The notes under the pieces: generated by a model
Told to the model about the DNA's origin: nothing
What the model saw: the letters and a program-made list of their open reading frames with translations, nothing else
Database searches by the model: none
Part shown: one piece after another, positions 1 to 12,440 of the stretch
Numbering within the stretch: the first letter of the stretch is position 1
How the letters are laid out: every line of letters starts with the position of its first letter
Assembly (NCBI GenBank): GCA_040143965.1
Contig: JASJQH010000008.1
Location: forward strand, 1 to 59,311
Source: Basidiobolus ranarum
Taxonomy: Eukaryota
Direction: 5' to 3'
Length of the DNA: 59,311 nt
Translations under genes and position numbers: made by a program

Positions 1-65
1 TACAAGTCATATTTGCGATAGATGTAGGCGTTGATGTTGGCGTAATGGTATTAATAGGAATATGA

Positions 66-3000
66 TTATCGGTAGTTGAAGTAATTTTCATGGTTTGGGT
101 TGGAGTAGTCGCGAGCAGAGACGGGTCCTTGTGGGTAAGGGGACAAACCATGCATAGATTGTGGGGCAGGAGAAACGGAGCGACCACGAATTCCTGGTGA
201 AAGATATGGATCCATAGCATGAGTGGAAAGTGGTGCCATGCTAGTGTAGACAGAAGCATTATCGGGTGCCCGAGATTTAGACCGGCTGCGGTAGCTTTCG
301 TGAGTACGATTCGAGTGGCTGGAGCCCTTAGATTCATGAGATACATGAGTACCAACTTCCCATAATTCTTGTTCATAGTCACTCCATTTCTTCACTGGAA
401 CCGAGGCAGGATCAAATCTCTCTTCGGTAGTAACGTGAGCAATGTTGCCTTTCTCTCCTACAACCACACGAGTATTACCCCATGAGAAATCATCGAAATG
501 CCAGAAAGAGTAGACGGGAAGGATGAAACTGAAGATAGGAAGGGATAACAAATAAACGATCATCCAACCGATGTGTTGCCACTGACGTTTGATCAAGAAG
601 ATAAAGATTTGGAAACCGTAGATAGCGCAAAGCATAATCGCTGAAATCAATGGGAACGAGGAAGGATCAGTAATGACCATGTACAAAAGGTATCCCAAAT
701 AGAAGCACTGAACAGGCATGATAATGGTAGAAAGCAGATCAACGAAGACGACGAAACGCATAGAGAAACAACAGAAACCGCATAGACGTGGAAGGTACAA
801 CAATTCGGCTAAATTGTGGATAGTGGAGTTAATCCAACGACGACGTTGAGAGAGCAATACAGACCATTCATCAGGGGCGTTCGTTTGACATTTGGCATCT
901 GGAGTAAAGGTCATCTTGTTGTAATTGAAGTGCTTCAACATTAAGGTGGTAAGGTAACGATCCTCACCAAGGGATAGCAAATTCTTCTTGTGCAGTGTGT
1001 CGACTTTGTTTTCTGAATACTCTTCAATAATAACATTGGCAATCAAGAGAGGTTGATTCTTGATGGGAGTACGGAAACGATACATACAGAAACAACCGGG
1101 TAAGCAGGTAACCGATCCGAATAAAGACTCAAAGGCTTTGTTCAAATGATGGGAAATGAAATATTCGTAAACCTGGATCATCGTAATGTACGAGGCCTTT
1201 TCGTTCAAAAGTTCAGTTTCACCACAAAGACCCATAATTTTGGTATCGTTTAACATGCACGAGATCATTCTGTTGAGCGAGTCAGGCATGACAATTGTAT
1301 CGGCATCCACCATTAAAACGTACTCATAGAAGAATGGATCAACACCGATGACGTTCTTGATTTGATGGTACATCTCAAGTTCGAGTGGATTCATGTCAGA
1401 ATTGAAATGAACCTTGTTGAAGAATTGCATCAGAATAAGCTGTGAATCACGCTTGCCTCTATTTCCTGGTCTGGAACGCTCTGAGGGCTTGCCAATCTTC
1501 ACTACGACAATGTATGGGACTACATGTCCTGAGCACTCGTAAAGGCCGGTGTAAACCTTGCCCATATTCAGTTGCTGGTTGCCTTCTCCAAGAGCCTTGT
1601 AAACCAATGGGTCTGGTTCAACATTTGGATCAGCACCAAGAATATCCAAAACAATCATAGGAGTAGGCTTGTCGTTACCACCACCAATAATCATGCCATC
1701 AGCAACAACAAAGAGGAGTTTACGTTTGTCGTCATATTTCAAAACGGCAAGGGAATCTATGGTTCTCTTGAGAGATTCTTCACCTTCAGTATAACAAGGA
1801 ACTTGTAATACCACAAATTTGTCGTGATCTTCGGGCTCACGCAATGTACCCAGCTGCAATGCAGCCAAGAATTTGAACAGCATGATGGCGGTCAAAAAGA
1901 TTGTGGCGGCCAGTAAAATGGAATTTGAGAACTGGCATTGGGGTGAATTACGAGTATCCACAACACCGGTATAGAATAGATTACGAAGGCAAGTCTTCAT
2001 TTTGCTTTTCATTTCCGGGTTAGTCCGATACAAATCGTTGAACCTTGCTGTTATATCTTCACCACGATTGTATTGGAAGAGGCTCACAAGCGCATCATCC
2101 AAGAAGTTCAGGGCATTATCAGCAACCGGACCTCTATCTTGGTAATCAGGAGGATTTACAATATATTTCGTAGTATATGGAGTCAAATCGTAAACATTAT
2201 TATCAATTATTGCTATGAGATTTTCGGTAGACTGCAATCCCTTGCTACGAACAGACTTCGTGCTGATCGCCATATGACCTTTAGCGTGCTTCTTGCGCAA
2301 AATAGTCATCACATTATTAGTGTAGAAATCGTTAGTAGTATAGAGATTACCAATAGTAGAGAACCGATAATCGTGGTAACGGGAATTGGGATCCTGTGTG
2401 TAGTTGAATAAATTGACGGCTGGATCAATAGGCGCATTTGCTCCCTCACACAACATGTTTACTTGAACTGGGAAAAGGTTACTAGCATCTTGACCAGCAT
2501 ACCTCTTCATATCAGCAAAACTCACAGTGTGGTGAACGAAATCCTTGAACGAGAAAACTTCTCCACGAATAGCCACATACGGATTCTTCTGATTATCGTA
2601 ACTTTGAAGTTCACCGGAGGAATAAACATATTGTCTTGGGCAAAGAATCTGTCCGAAGAACATCAAGAAGAACACGACAATACCGCAAAAGAATAGAATA
2701 AGAATGCATAGAGCGGTTTTTTCACGCCAAGCCATTCTGATATCTGGGCGCTTCATTTTACCACATGAACTCAATGTGAAAGTAGGAATCCACCAAGTCA
2801 GTGACCAAGTACAACAGACCCAATGCTTACGTTGCTTGGATACTGGTTCCTTTTCTTCAAGAGGTAAACTTACTTCAGCCTTCGATATTTCTTGGGCTTT
2901 CATAGTAGACTGAGGGGTAAAAATTTCCGAGGTCATAGCAGACTGATTTTCTGGGCGCTCAAAGTAGTCATCGTCACTATAAAATGAGCGAGTATCAGCA

Positions 3001-5394
3001 CTAGTGGCATAAGATTGAGTGTCCGGCGAAGAATGGGACATAAAGGATTGTAGTGGAGCGGCCATAACAGCAGAAGGAATAGCAATCTCCCCAGGGTGAT
3101 TAGGAGCAACAGATTCGACTTCCTTCTTACGTTTTTTAGAATCGGTTTCCGAAAGACGTAGGTTATCTTCAAGATCTCTCCAAGCTTCAAATCCAAGATA
3201 CACCTTGGTGGCACCGACAGCCATTTCATTTTCATTCCATCCAAAGATAGTGCATGTGGTTTGACACTTTTGCTTTGGATCCCGAGTTTGATCCAAACCC
3301 ATGGGCTCGATAACCATAGCATAACGTTCCAAGAACTCATCATGAGTCAAGGAGGTCGTATAATCAATTTGGCGACGTTTGGCGATTTCAGCAAGTCCCA
3401 TGTATCGAACCTGTTGACTTACTTTACGCGAGTCAAACTGATCAGGATTCTGTGTGTCATTGGGTTTAACACATAGAACAAACCAGGGAACAGTATCTTG
3501 AAGTGTTTCCAAAAGTTCATCCAAAGCACCCTGCAATTGAGTAGTAATACTGGCTACTTTCTTCACATCTTTCACCGACTTAGTACGAGGACGGCGCATA
3601 GATGGTTGTCTGGTAGGAATGGCAGGCTGTTGTGCAGCAACAATAGTAGCCTCGTTTCTGGGATGACTTTCATACGCTACGGTTTTATCGGTGAATAATC
3701 CAGCAATGAAAGGATTACTGGTTGAAGCTACATCTGAACCACCACGGAAAAGACCGATGAAATCCGAACCAATAGTATCACCATTCTTCTCCAAGAACTC
3801 ATCAATCTGATAAGCGACTTGCCCAGCGAAATGCTGAATAGCGAAATTGCCAGGGGAGTTTCTTGGAGGTGGATGGAAGTTGCTGTGAGATGAATGATGT
3901 TTTCTGATAGTTTCCAAGAGAGTCTCGCTACTGGTTTCAGTTTGAGTACGATTGGCTTTTCTGTCCATCAGGGCAATTATACCAGAGCTTGGTTTCATGA
4001 GCAAATCCAAGCATGGTGAGTTATCGAAGTAGAGCACATCAGGGATAGCAATACCTTGCTCACGATACTCTTCGTTGAAAGTTTCGAAAATATGGTGGTT
4101 AATGAAATTATGAATGCGTTCATCGGTGAAATTGACACAAAACTGCTCAAATCCATTGACTTCAAAGGTTTGAAACCCGGGCATATCCACAAAACCAATG
4201 AAATTGGTTTGTGTTTCAGAACAAAGCTTGGTATTGATGAATTCTACCATCCAGCTGAACAAGAGCGAATAAAGTGACTTTGATAAACTGTCACGTTGTA
4301 CTTCGGCTTTACTGGCGTTAAGGAATGTGGTGCACACTTCTTTACGGACCAAAATGGATTTGTAGGTTAAAACGTTCAACAGGTCCGAGGCGTTAACTCC
4401 AAGGAATTCTGCTACAGTTATCAAAACGTCTTCATTCTTGATGGTGGCGGCTTCATTGGGGCGATTTGGATGATCCACAAAGGTAATATTCCCTAAATGA
4501 AGAATGGCGGCCAAGAGACGGAAGATTTGGCTCTGGTATTTTTTGTTGAATCCAAGAGACTTCATTGCTGTACGTAGCTCATTGAAGATAGCAGTGTCTT
4601 GAGCGCTGTGTCGGGAACTGCCACTAAGATATGCATTGGTGTCTGATAACTTTAGGTGAGTTCTCTCCTCTTCTGAAACACCAGAGAGAAGATAATAAAA
4701 TATATGGAAATTGTCACCCTTGCCGTATGGACATGCTACTCTGGATTTTTCCAATAGATAGTCAAGGATTCTAGCACCAATAATCCTTCCACGCTCGTTA
4801 AATTGGATTTCAGTGTAATTACCATATCTGGATGCGTTGTTATTATGTATGGTTTGGGCGTTACCAAAGGCTTCCAAGATGCTAGTTGCGCTGATGATTT
4901 GGCCCATTATGTGAGTGTCTTTTTTGGAGACCTCTCTCAATGCTGTCAACATTTGAAGTCCGGCGTTTTTAGTAAATGACTTACCACTGCCAGTTTCACC
5001 ACTATGCAAGAAAAGAGTTTGGTTTAAAAGGAGGTTGTTTCAACGCCATGTGCAATATAACTTACCTGAAAACAACCGACTGGTCGAAGCCAGTTCTTCT
5101 CATATCCAAGTAGGCATTGCTAATGATATCAAAGATGTGAGGAGGCAGTATTTGACGTTGTCCAGAAATATCCTTATAGTCGCTGAGATATCTCTGAAGG
5201 AAAGTCTCATTGTAACAGTTCAAAGACTTGTATGGGTTCAAAGATACTAGAGTACGAGTTCCAATTCTAGTATAAATGCTATCTTGTTGATAAAAGTCCC
5301 GGAGAGCGGAGGTCACTTCATCCTCAGTAAATGAGGATAAGTTGATGAGGTTTTGGCTATCCTCGGATACGCCAAGTGTTTTTCTACTACCCAT
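66..5394 (-). CDS. Class V chitin synthase with N-terminal myosin motor-like domain (exons 5394-5066, 5001-66)
   Basis: Myosin head with P-loop SGETGSGKS and NNNASRYG; cytochrome b5-like segments; chitin synthase motifs GNRGKRDSQ, LGEDRYLT, QRRRW, WHFDDFSWGNTR. Intron GTAAGT...TAG joins ORF 5062-5394 in frame to ORF 66-5009. Confidence 0.95.
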
Positions 5395-7022
5395 AGTAGA
5401 AGGAATCTAATATTTACGTAATTCTGGGTTACAATGACCTAGTTATGTATTCGGACAGGAGAAAAAGATATAAAAAAGTAAAAGAGGGCCTCTACACAGG
5501 AGTAAGGAAGATGGAGAGGAAGTTAGAAATATAAGAAACTCAAGTGGAGTAGCTTGAAGAAGCACCAACAAGAAGATGAAAGAAAGAACAGATTAGGGAA
5601 TCAAGCAATCAGAATTAACATTGGCGGTGCAATTTAAGAACAGAGCATCCTACCATAATAGAAAAAAAACTATAAATAACATGGCACCAATTAATTGACA
5701 AATGACATCGACGCAAGGATATCACCAAACGGTGAGGAATGATTACAGGCAGGAAAGGGATGCCCATATATGGATATACCCATGAGTACAAATTTCCAAT
5801 CATTATGCTTGGTGGCATCTATTGTGTGATTGATGGAGAGTGTGGAATATATTAACCTTAATCCATTCAGAGCCACTGCAGTTACTAGGCAACGCTGAAG
5901 CTAAATTGCCCCTAAATTATCCCATTTAGCTGAATATTGCTAAATAACCAACCAATCTATTTCGAAACACCATGGTTTCCATATTGGTTTCCATATTAGC
6001 TGCGACAAAGTAAATGCCATTTAAATGCCGGGGGAATAGGTAACCTCATCACAGCCAATAGTCGATTCTCGCATTAATACTTTTTTGTTTGATCCATTAA
6101 TTAAGTAAGTGATTGGCCCAGACGCCGACAGCCCCAAAGATGGATATGGGGATTGCTCATTAGTCTCAGCTTTGCATAGATGATGAGAAAATGGGCAAAA
6201 TTAAATGAAATAAAACCTCGCTTTAGTCGGTATTTTAATCTAACATTGCCTGCATTTCAGTATTTCACTACTGTTGCTGTAGTTTAATCTAGTACAAAGG
6301 GATCTAAATCGGATCGTGGCTAACAATTTCAATTTATACCTTGATTTGTACTTTGAGATAGTTTATTGTGGATAGTCAGTCCAATCAGTGGTTAGGAGTG
6401 GGGTATGTCTCATTTTTTTATATCACTTAACGCCGCCAGGTTCCGGTACTATAAACACGACAATATGGCTGGATCGCTCACCTGGATCGTCCACTATACA
6501 TTTATCCGTATAATCCGGTGTAATCAGATAGAACATTTCCATTTGGTTTGTCTAGTAACGAAGTCTCATCGATACTTAGTAATAATGATAATAACAATAA
6601 CATGCCAACTGATACCAGCAATCAGATGTGCCAACTAATACCGGTAATAACAATATGGGTGATATCGACAGTGCTGGTTCAATTGGAAAGCGTACATTTT
6701 TAATATTAGTCGATTGCAGTGTTGTAGTGTTTATGGATGGCGCCCCTATGTTGTGCTAGTACCTTAAAGGGAAAGTGCTGGTTGTAATTGTAAGATATGA
6801 CTGTGTCCCCATATCTGGTTCTGTATGTTCATGTGTTTATTAATGCTATGGAGATAATGCAAAACTAAAATCGTAATGGGTCTTACATCATTAATTTGAA
6901 AAGCTGGAGTTCTTCAAGACTTGATATTGACCAGCAAACGTGAAACACTGCAAAAAGGGTCCAAGCATAACTATGCAAGTTAATCTCTACTAATAGGCTA
7001 CTTAGCCTAAGCGTTTGACTAA

Positions 7023-10000
7023 TTATTCATCTCCTAGAACAGTCCACTGGTGTTGCCGAGATCTGTGAGCATAATCATTGCTGTAGAGATACACGCTTCC
7101 AGAAATAGTGCCAACTGCTAATACGTCGTGATCTATCAAGGAATTAGTACACAGAAACTGGAGGCATACTCAAGCATATTAGGGAGCTTACCAGGAGTAA
7201 TGGATAATGAGCTGACTGGGCTATCCTGGTTATCAAGTGAATGGATACAAGGGTCTGAGCGAGTGATGTTCCATAGTTTTACCTTTCAGTAATATGTTAG
7301 AATATGTTTTACAACAAATCATTTTATACATAAAACTTCTTGGATATTACCAAAGAATCTCCTCCACCAGTTAGCAACATATTAGGTCCAACCCATTGCA
7401 ATGATATAACACCATCATGTCGTATCCCACCAGTTGGTTCTAACCGATTTGCTTATTAGATTCCATAAGTGAATCACATTAATAAACTACTTACCTTCAT
7501 GGCTCAAAACATGAACTGGCGCATCACAAAAGCGTCTATCGTACACAAATGTTCGATTTTCAGTCCCGGAGCTAGTTATAAACGTTTCATCTGGGCTTAA
7601 GCGATTGTTGACGATTTAACTCACAGAATATCTCAAATTAAATGCAAATTATAAGCAAACCTAAAAGTGACCAAGTTGATATCGGATTGATTTGTGTTTA
7701 CGATTTGAGCTTGTAGGTTAGTTCTGAGATCAAAAACGCGAACACATCGATCACCAGACGGTTGTGCCTCCTCTACATAAGTCCCACCCGAAGAGCCAGA
7801 AACAATCAGATTACCAGTTGGAGAACTTTGTATACACGACACAGAGCTTAGCATATCAGTAAATTGATGAACTCGTTTGCTGGTTTGGTAGTCCCATACT
7901 ATAATCTAGTGAATCCAGATAATTAGTTCAGCTCCATTTACTGTCTACAATTTCTATGAAAATTTACCATCCCAGCAGCTGAGGTCCTTGTGCCCTCATA
8001 AGCACCTACTAGTAAATGATCAAACCTTCCATTACAGAAATCCACGTCGGATACTATTCGACTAATAGCGCAAGATTTAACTTCTATGATTCAAAATCAC
8101 ATGATAAACCTATCCCAACTTACAAACTTTTGCGCTGTGACAAGACATTAACCTTGGCAGTCAACAGCCCTAGTTCAGTATTCACTGGATACACTCCAAT
8201 CAAACTAAAAGAAAAAGGAGGCTAAGTGCTGTGTTGAAGATTAGAAATTTCAGATTCAGATTACCCATCATCTGATCCAGTAGCAAAGAGTTCATGATAT
8301 TTGTTTTTTGGAACTGCCATTCTATTGATTCTTTTGCTGTGAACCACTGATTCATAAAAAATCAGCATCTATTGTTACATAGCTAAGGGATTAATCATAG
8401 AATACCTGTGGAGTCCTTTAATTCACCAGATTCCGTGGACCATATCTAAAATATAGATTATTAGCAGCCAGTGGTGTATACATATGCCATGTAAATTCAT
8501 ACTTTAGCGGTGGTATCAAAAGAGCTTGAATACATGCATTTCCCATCAGAAGAAAATTTTACATCTGTAACAGTACTATAGTGACCTATAATTTTCCTGC
8601 TTTAGTTCAAGAAAGCAGTGATAAATGTTGATGAATATAAAGATTACGTCGATTAGCTTGGTTGGTATAATGCTGGTTAAGACAACGTATTAGAGCTGAA
8701 TTAAATGGAGTTTAGTGATGTTTGAGGTCATGGCATCAAAGTACATAGGCTAGGTTACCTGAATCTACATCTCCAAGTAAAAGATTGTTGGGTTTGTTGT
8801 AAGTTGGATCATCGTTTGTTACGCAAGCAACTCCTAGAAGTGTTCTAATCATAGACATTAGTGTTGGTAACAACTATCAGCATGTTGAAGGAGCATGAAG
8901 GAGTACTTTGTAGATTGATGTAAGCATGTATCTATCACTGCACCACTGCTACTACTGAATGAGGTAATCAGTCCCATCCCTCGAACCAAGGGCTCATCAT
9001 ATGATGATCTAACAATCTACCAATTTTGAAAAGGTCGACGTTAGGAAGTTTGTTTGACTTAAAGTCACGTAACTAGACTCACCGATGAGCCAATTTCCCG
9101 TTGCCTAACTAAGTTATTCAAGGTTTTCCTTGGTGTGGTTTCTTTTTTACAACGGGTACGCGCTTTTGTAGTACGAATTCAAAATCGGAATATTTGTTAA
9201 AGAAGGTGGGGATAGGATGTTGGTATTTATTAATTACCGATTGTCTGAATGTATATTAACGGTTCAATTAATTCATCCCTAAGATTCACGAACAAATGGA
9301 TATCGAAGTCAGTAAATTTCTTTAACACCACCAGAAACTTTGTACAAACCTCAATTGAGCTGATTTCCAATCATCGTGAAAACGTTTACAGTCATTAGGC
9401 TTTCTCCCTGGGAGTAATCTAACAGTCGGATTGAAGATTTAGTATAGGGTCACAAAAGAATGATGAAAGACTTATTAACTTGGATATTTTGTTCCATCCT
9501 AAACTGATATTCGTCAGGAGAATATCTTTCTCCATTGCGGTAAATGGATAGTGAACAACATCACCTATGGGTTTTTAGTTAGTACTACGTGTATGTATAG
9601 ATGTAACAACCGAATAACACTATTACCAGTTTGTATAGAGGGCAATTTTCGCGTGGAGAGTTTTTCTCTGGCTTTAAGAGACATATAGGGCCGGTCGATA
9701 TGTACCAAGGAAGATTCATGAGCATTAATACTCAATTTTTGACGACAGATTTGAGCGTAAGTATTCAAAAAACAAAGAAGTTGACGATCGTCGAACTAAC
9801 AAAAAAGTAAGACTCAACAAATCAAGTGGCGCGTGCGATATGAATTACCAAACCTGTGTAGTATCTAGCAGTTGTGGGGTAGTGTGTTTACGTTTGTCCT
9901 GGATATACTATTTGGAGATTATAAAAAAAGCGTTGGAAATTAATTCTTAATCTATCAATATTGCAATAGATCATATACATACACTATAACCTTTTGTCGG

Positions 10001-12000
10001 ACAGTCGGTAAACTTTGACAACCAAGATTAGTCGAGTATTATCACAACAAATTAAAACAAAATTGGAGTACCTCTGGGCGAAGGGAAATATCCAATTCTA
10101 GTGTATTTGGGAAGAGAGGCTCTTCATTATCGATTTTAAAGGGTTCAGAATTTACATCCTTGGGTATATGACTTTTACTGCCATCATCTCCATGAGGTGT
10201 AAGCACAGTCCTCTCTAAAACAGAAGCAATCACTTCTTTATCCTTATGCTTCTGAAGAAGCTTTTTCCTCTCCGGTATAATTACACGTGGTACGATCGTG
10301 GTGGTTGATGGTTGAACTTCAATAGATTGCTTTTGAAGGATTTGACTGGATGCTTTTGTAGGTCGTTTTGAAGCAGTCGAGTCAACTAAACCTCTCCCAG
10401 AATCCAAATTTTTTCTTTTACGAGTTGTCTTTGTTCTGGAAGTATCAGAACTGTTCGATGCGTCGATTTCGATAACAACTTCATTCACTGGCGTTCTAAT
10501 GTAGTGAGAAGCTTTGGTAGGATGATGATAGAAAGGAATAACCACTTCCGGATCTTTCCAATTACTCTCTTTGATATCTTCAATTTCGGCTTCTGAATTG
10601 GTAGACGAAATGTATTCTCGGACCTTTGAATTCTTGGGACCAGGAGGATTTGACTTTGGTCTTGCAGCAGTATAGCTTTCGGTCATTTTACAATTGTCGA
10701 TGTTTTGAGGCTCTGGTGTGCTTGTTCCGCTAGCGATTTCCTGAATTACTTCATCTGAATTTCTTTCAACATTGAACATCTCTTCATCACTATCACTGAT
10801 CGTAATGATATCGTTAGAATCTTTCGAAAGATCCTTGGGTTGTTCCTGAGGAGTTGTTGATGAGCGCAATTCTAGAGGGATACTAGTTTGTGTAGATTTT
10901 CTAGCAAAAAATCGAGGATGTGCCTTTGCTGGTGGAGTTTGGGTAGTTTTCTTTTGAATAATTACAGGTTTGTCCATTCCATTGTTTGCAGTAGGTTTGC
11001 TCTCTGTCTTTCCTTTGCGAGTTATCAATGATTTTGAGGGAAGAGATACTGTAACCATATGATTTTTCGAGTTGTTTGTCCCATTGGATTTACTATTTAG
11101 TTTGTTTTTTGTTCTAGTGGCCTTTAATGAGTCATGCTGGTTAATGCTTCCTTGAGAATCATCATCACTCATTGTATCCTCCAAGTCATGCTTTATGTTT
11201 TCTAAAAGTAGCACTGTATTAGTTTTCATGATATAACCTGAGGATTGGATAGCCTACATTCTATCATGAGAGTTCATAAATGAACCTCCATAAGAGTGAA
11301 CTATACAGGCATTTATAGATATGAAAATAATGGATAGTATTGATATACCTCTATGAGCAGAATGACTTTGAGTTATGGCTGTACTCGAGATATCACCTTT
11401 GGGTTGGTCCAAATCAATTTTGGGTATTGATTTTACAGCCATTTGCTTTTGTGCACTAGAGTCTGCTTAGGTAAAATAGTTTTAGTATGATATAAATGGG
11501 AAAATTCACATACATGCTTAAGAATTCAAGTAAACGGACACCTACTCGTTGTACTGGCACTGTTATCATGAATTGGAGGGATATTTTTTGACGAAGAACT
11601 GGATAGGCTTAACTTGATGTAATCCGTTCTAAGTTTACATATTTTCTCCCGGATGTTCTCTAAACTAAAACAAATACACGTTTGTAAGTTCTCGAAAATC
11701 ATTTAACTTGTACCAAGTAAGCTACAAAGAAAGTATCTTTTTTAATAACCACTGGGAAGTAAGTGGATATGAACATATATGTACCGTCTTATATTTTCCA
11801 AAATACCCATATTGATCTATTTGCTGCTTTATGAAGCAGTTTGGTGAGTAATTTCCTCCACTGGTGAACCAAATTGAGTCGAAGATTTTATGTGAGTAAA
11901 TCTAAAAGATAATATGGAAGGGATTTAGTATTTTATAGTGAAATCGTTATGGAACTTATGCGTACCTCACGGAAGTCTACGAGTGTGTATACTTGACTGA
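7023..12000 (-). CDS. Multi-exon WD40 DCAF-type protein resembling Raf1/Dos1 (Rik1-associated factor 1) / DIM-9; long low-complexity N-terminal region; 5' end uncertain
   Basis: Hand-spliced exons give RPYMS, DVVHYPFT, RQREIG, DPTYNKPNNLLLGD, GHYSTVTDVKFSSDGKCMYSSSFD, DINLVTFSPDETFITSSG, LLTGGGD, ending ..WTVLGDE* at 7023. ORF 10042-11229 is an internal exon. Family call is from remembered motifs. Confidence 0.65.
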
Positions 12001-12440
12001 AACTCTAACCGAGTGATCAGATTGTTCAAGAAGTAATTTCAATAAACAAGATTGACCAATAAAATGATTGCGCATTGAGGTATGTTTTGAAGCACCATTT
12101 TGAATGGAATCTACCAGCATATACTCATGAGTAATTTCAAAGGTGAATAAAAATCCCATTTCATAGATAGTATATTCACTTTTTGCAAGAACAAACATAT
12201 CAAACTACCAACCAAATTCTACCTCACTTCTGTCATCTGTTCTGAATGAAACCTTATTCAACTAGTGGTTAATATAGTGACCTTAATAAATTAATTCGTA
12301 ATTATAGTAAAATATACCTTATCTGCCTCATGTATAATCTTTGCAAAACTGTAGAAATCCAAATTACAAAAATCAAATTATCATTATATCAATGTTATTA
12401 GCTCAAGTATAGCTTCATGTAAGCAATATTGTAGCGAAGT

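Noticed and set aside
1442-4277. Many short ORFs overlapping the chitin synthase (and similar ones inside the PPR, RPL19, TRS120, RPS18, HAUS6, bZIP and ODC genes)
   Set aside because: Antisense or alternate-frame shadows of well-supported genes, with no motifs
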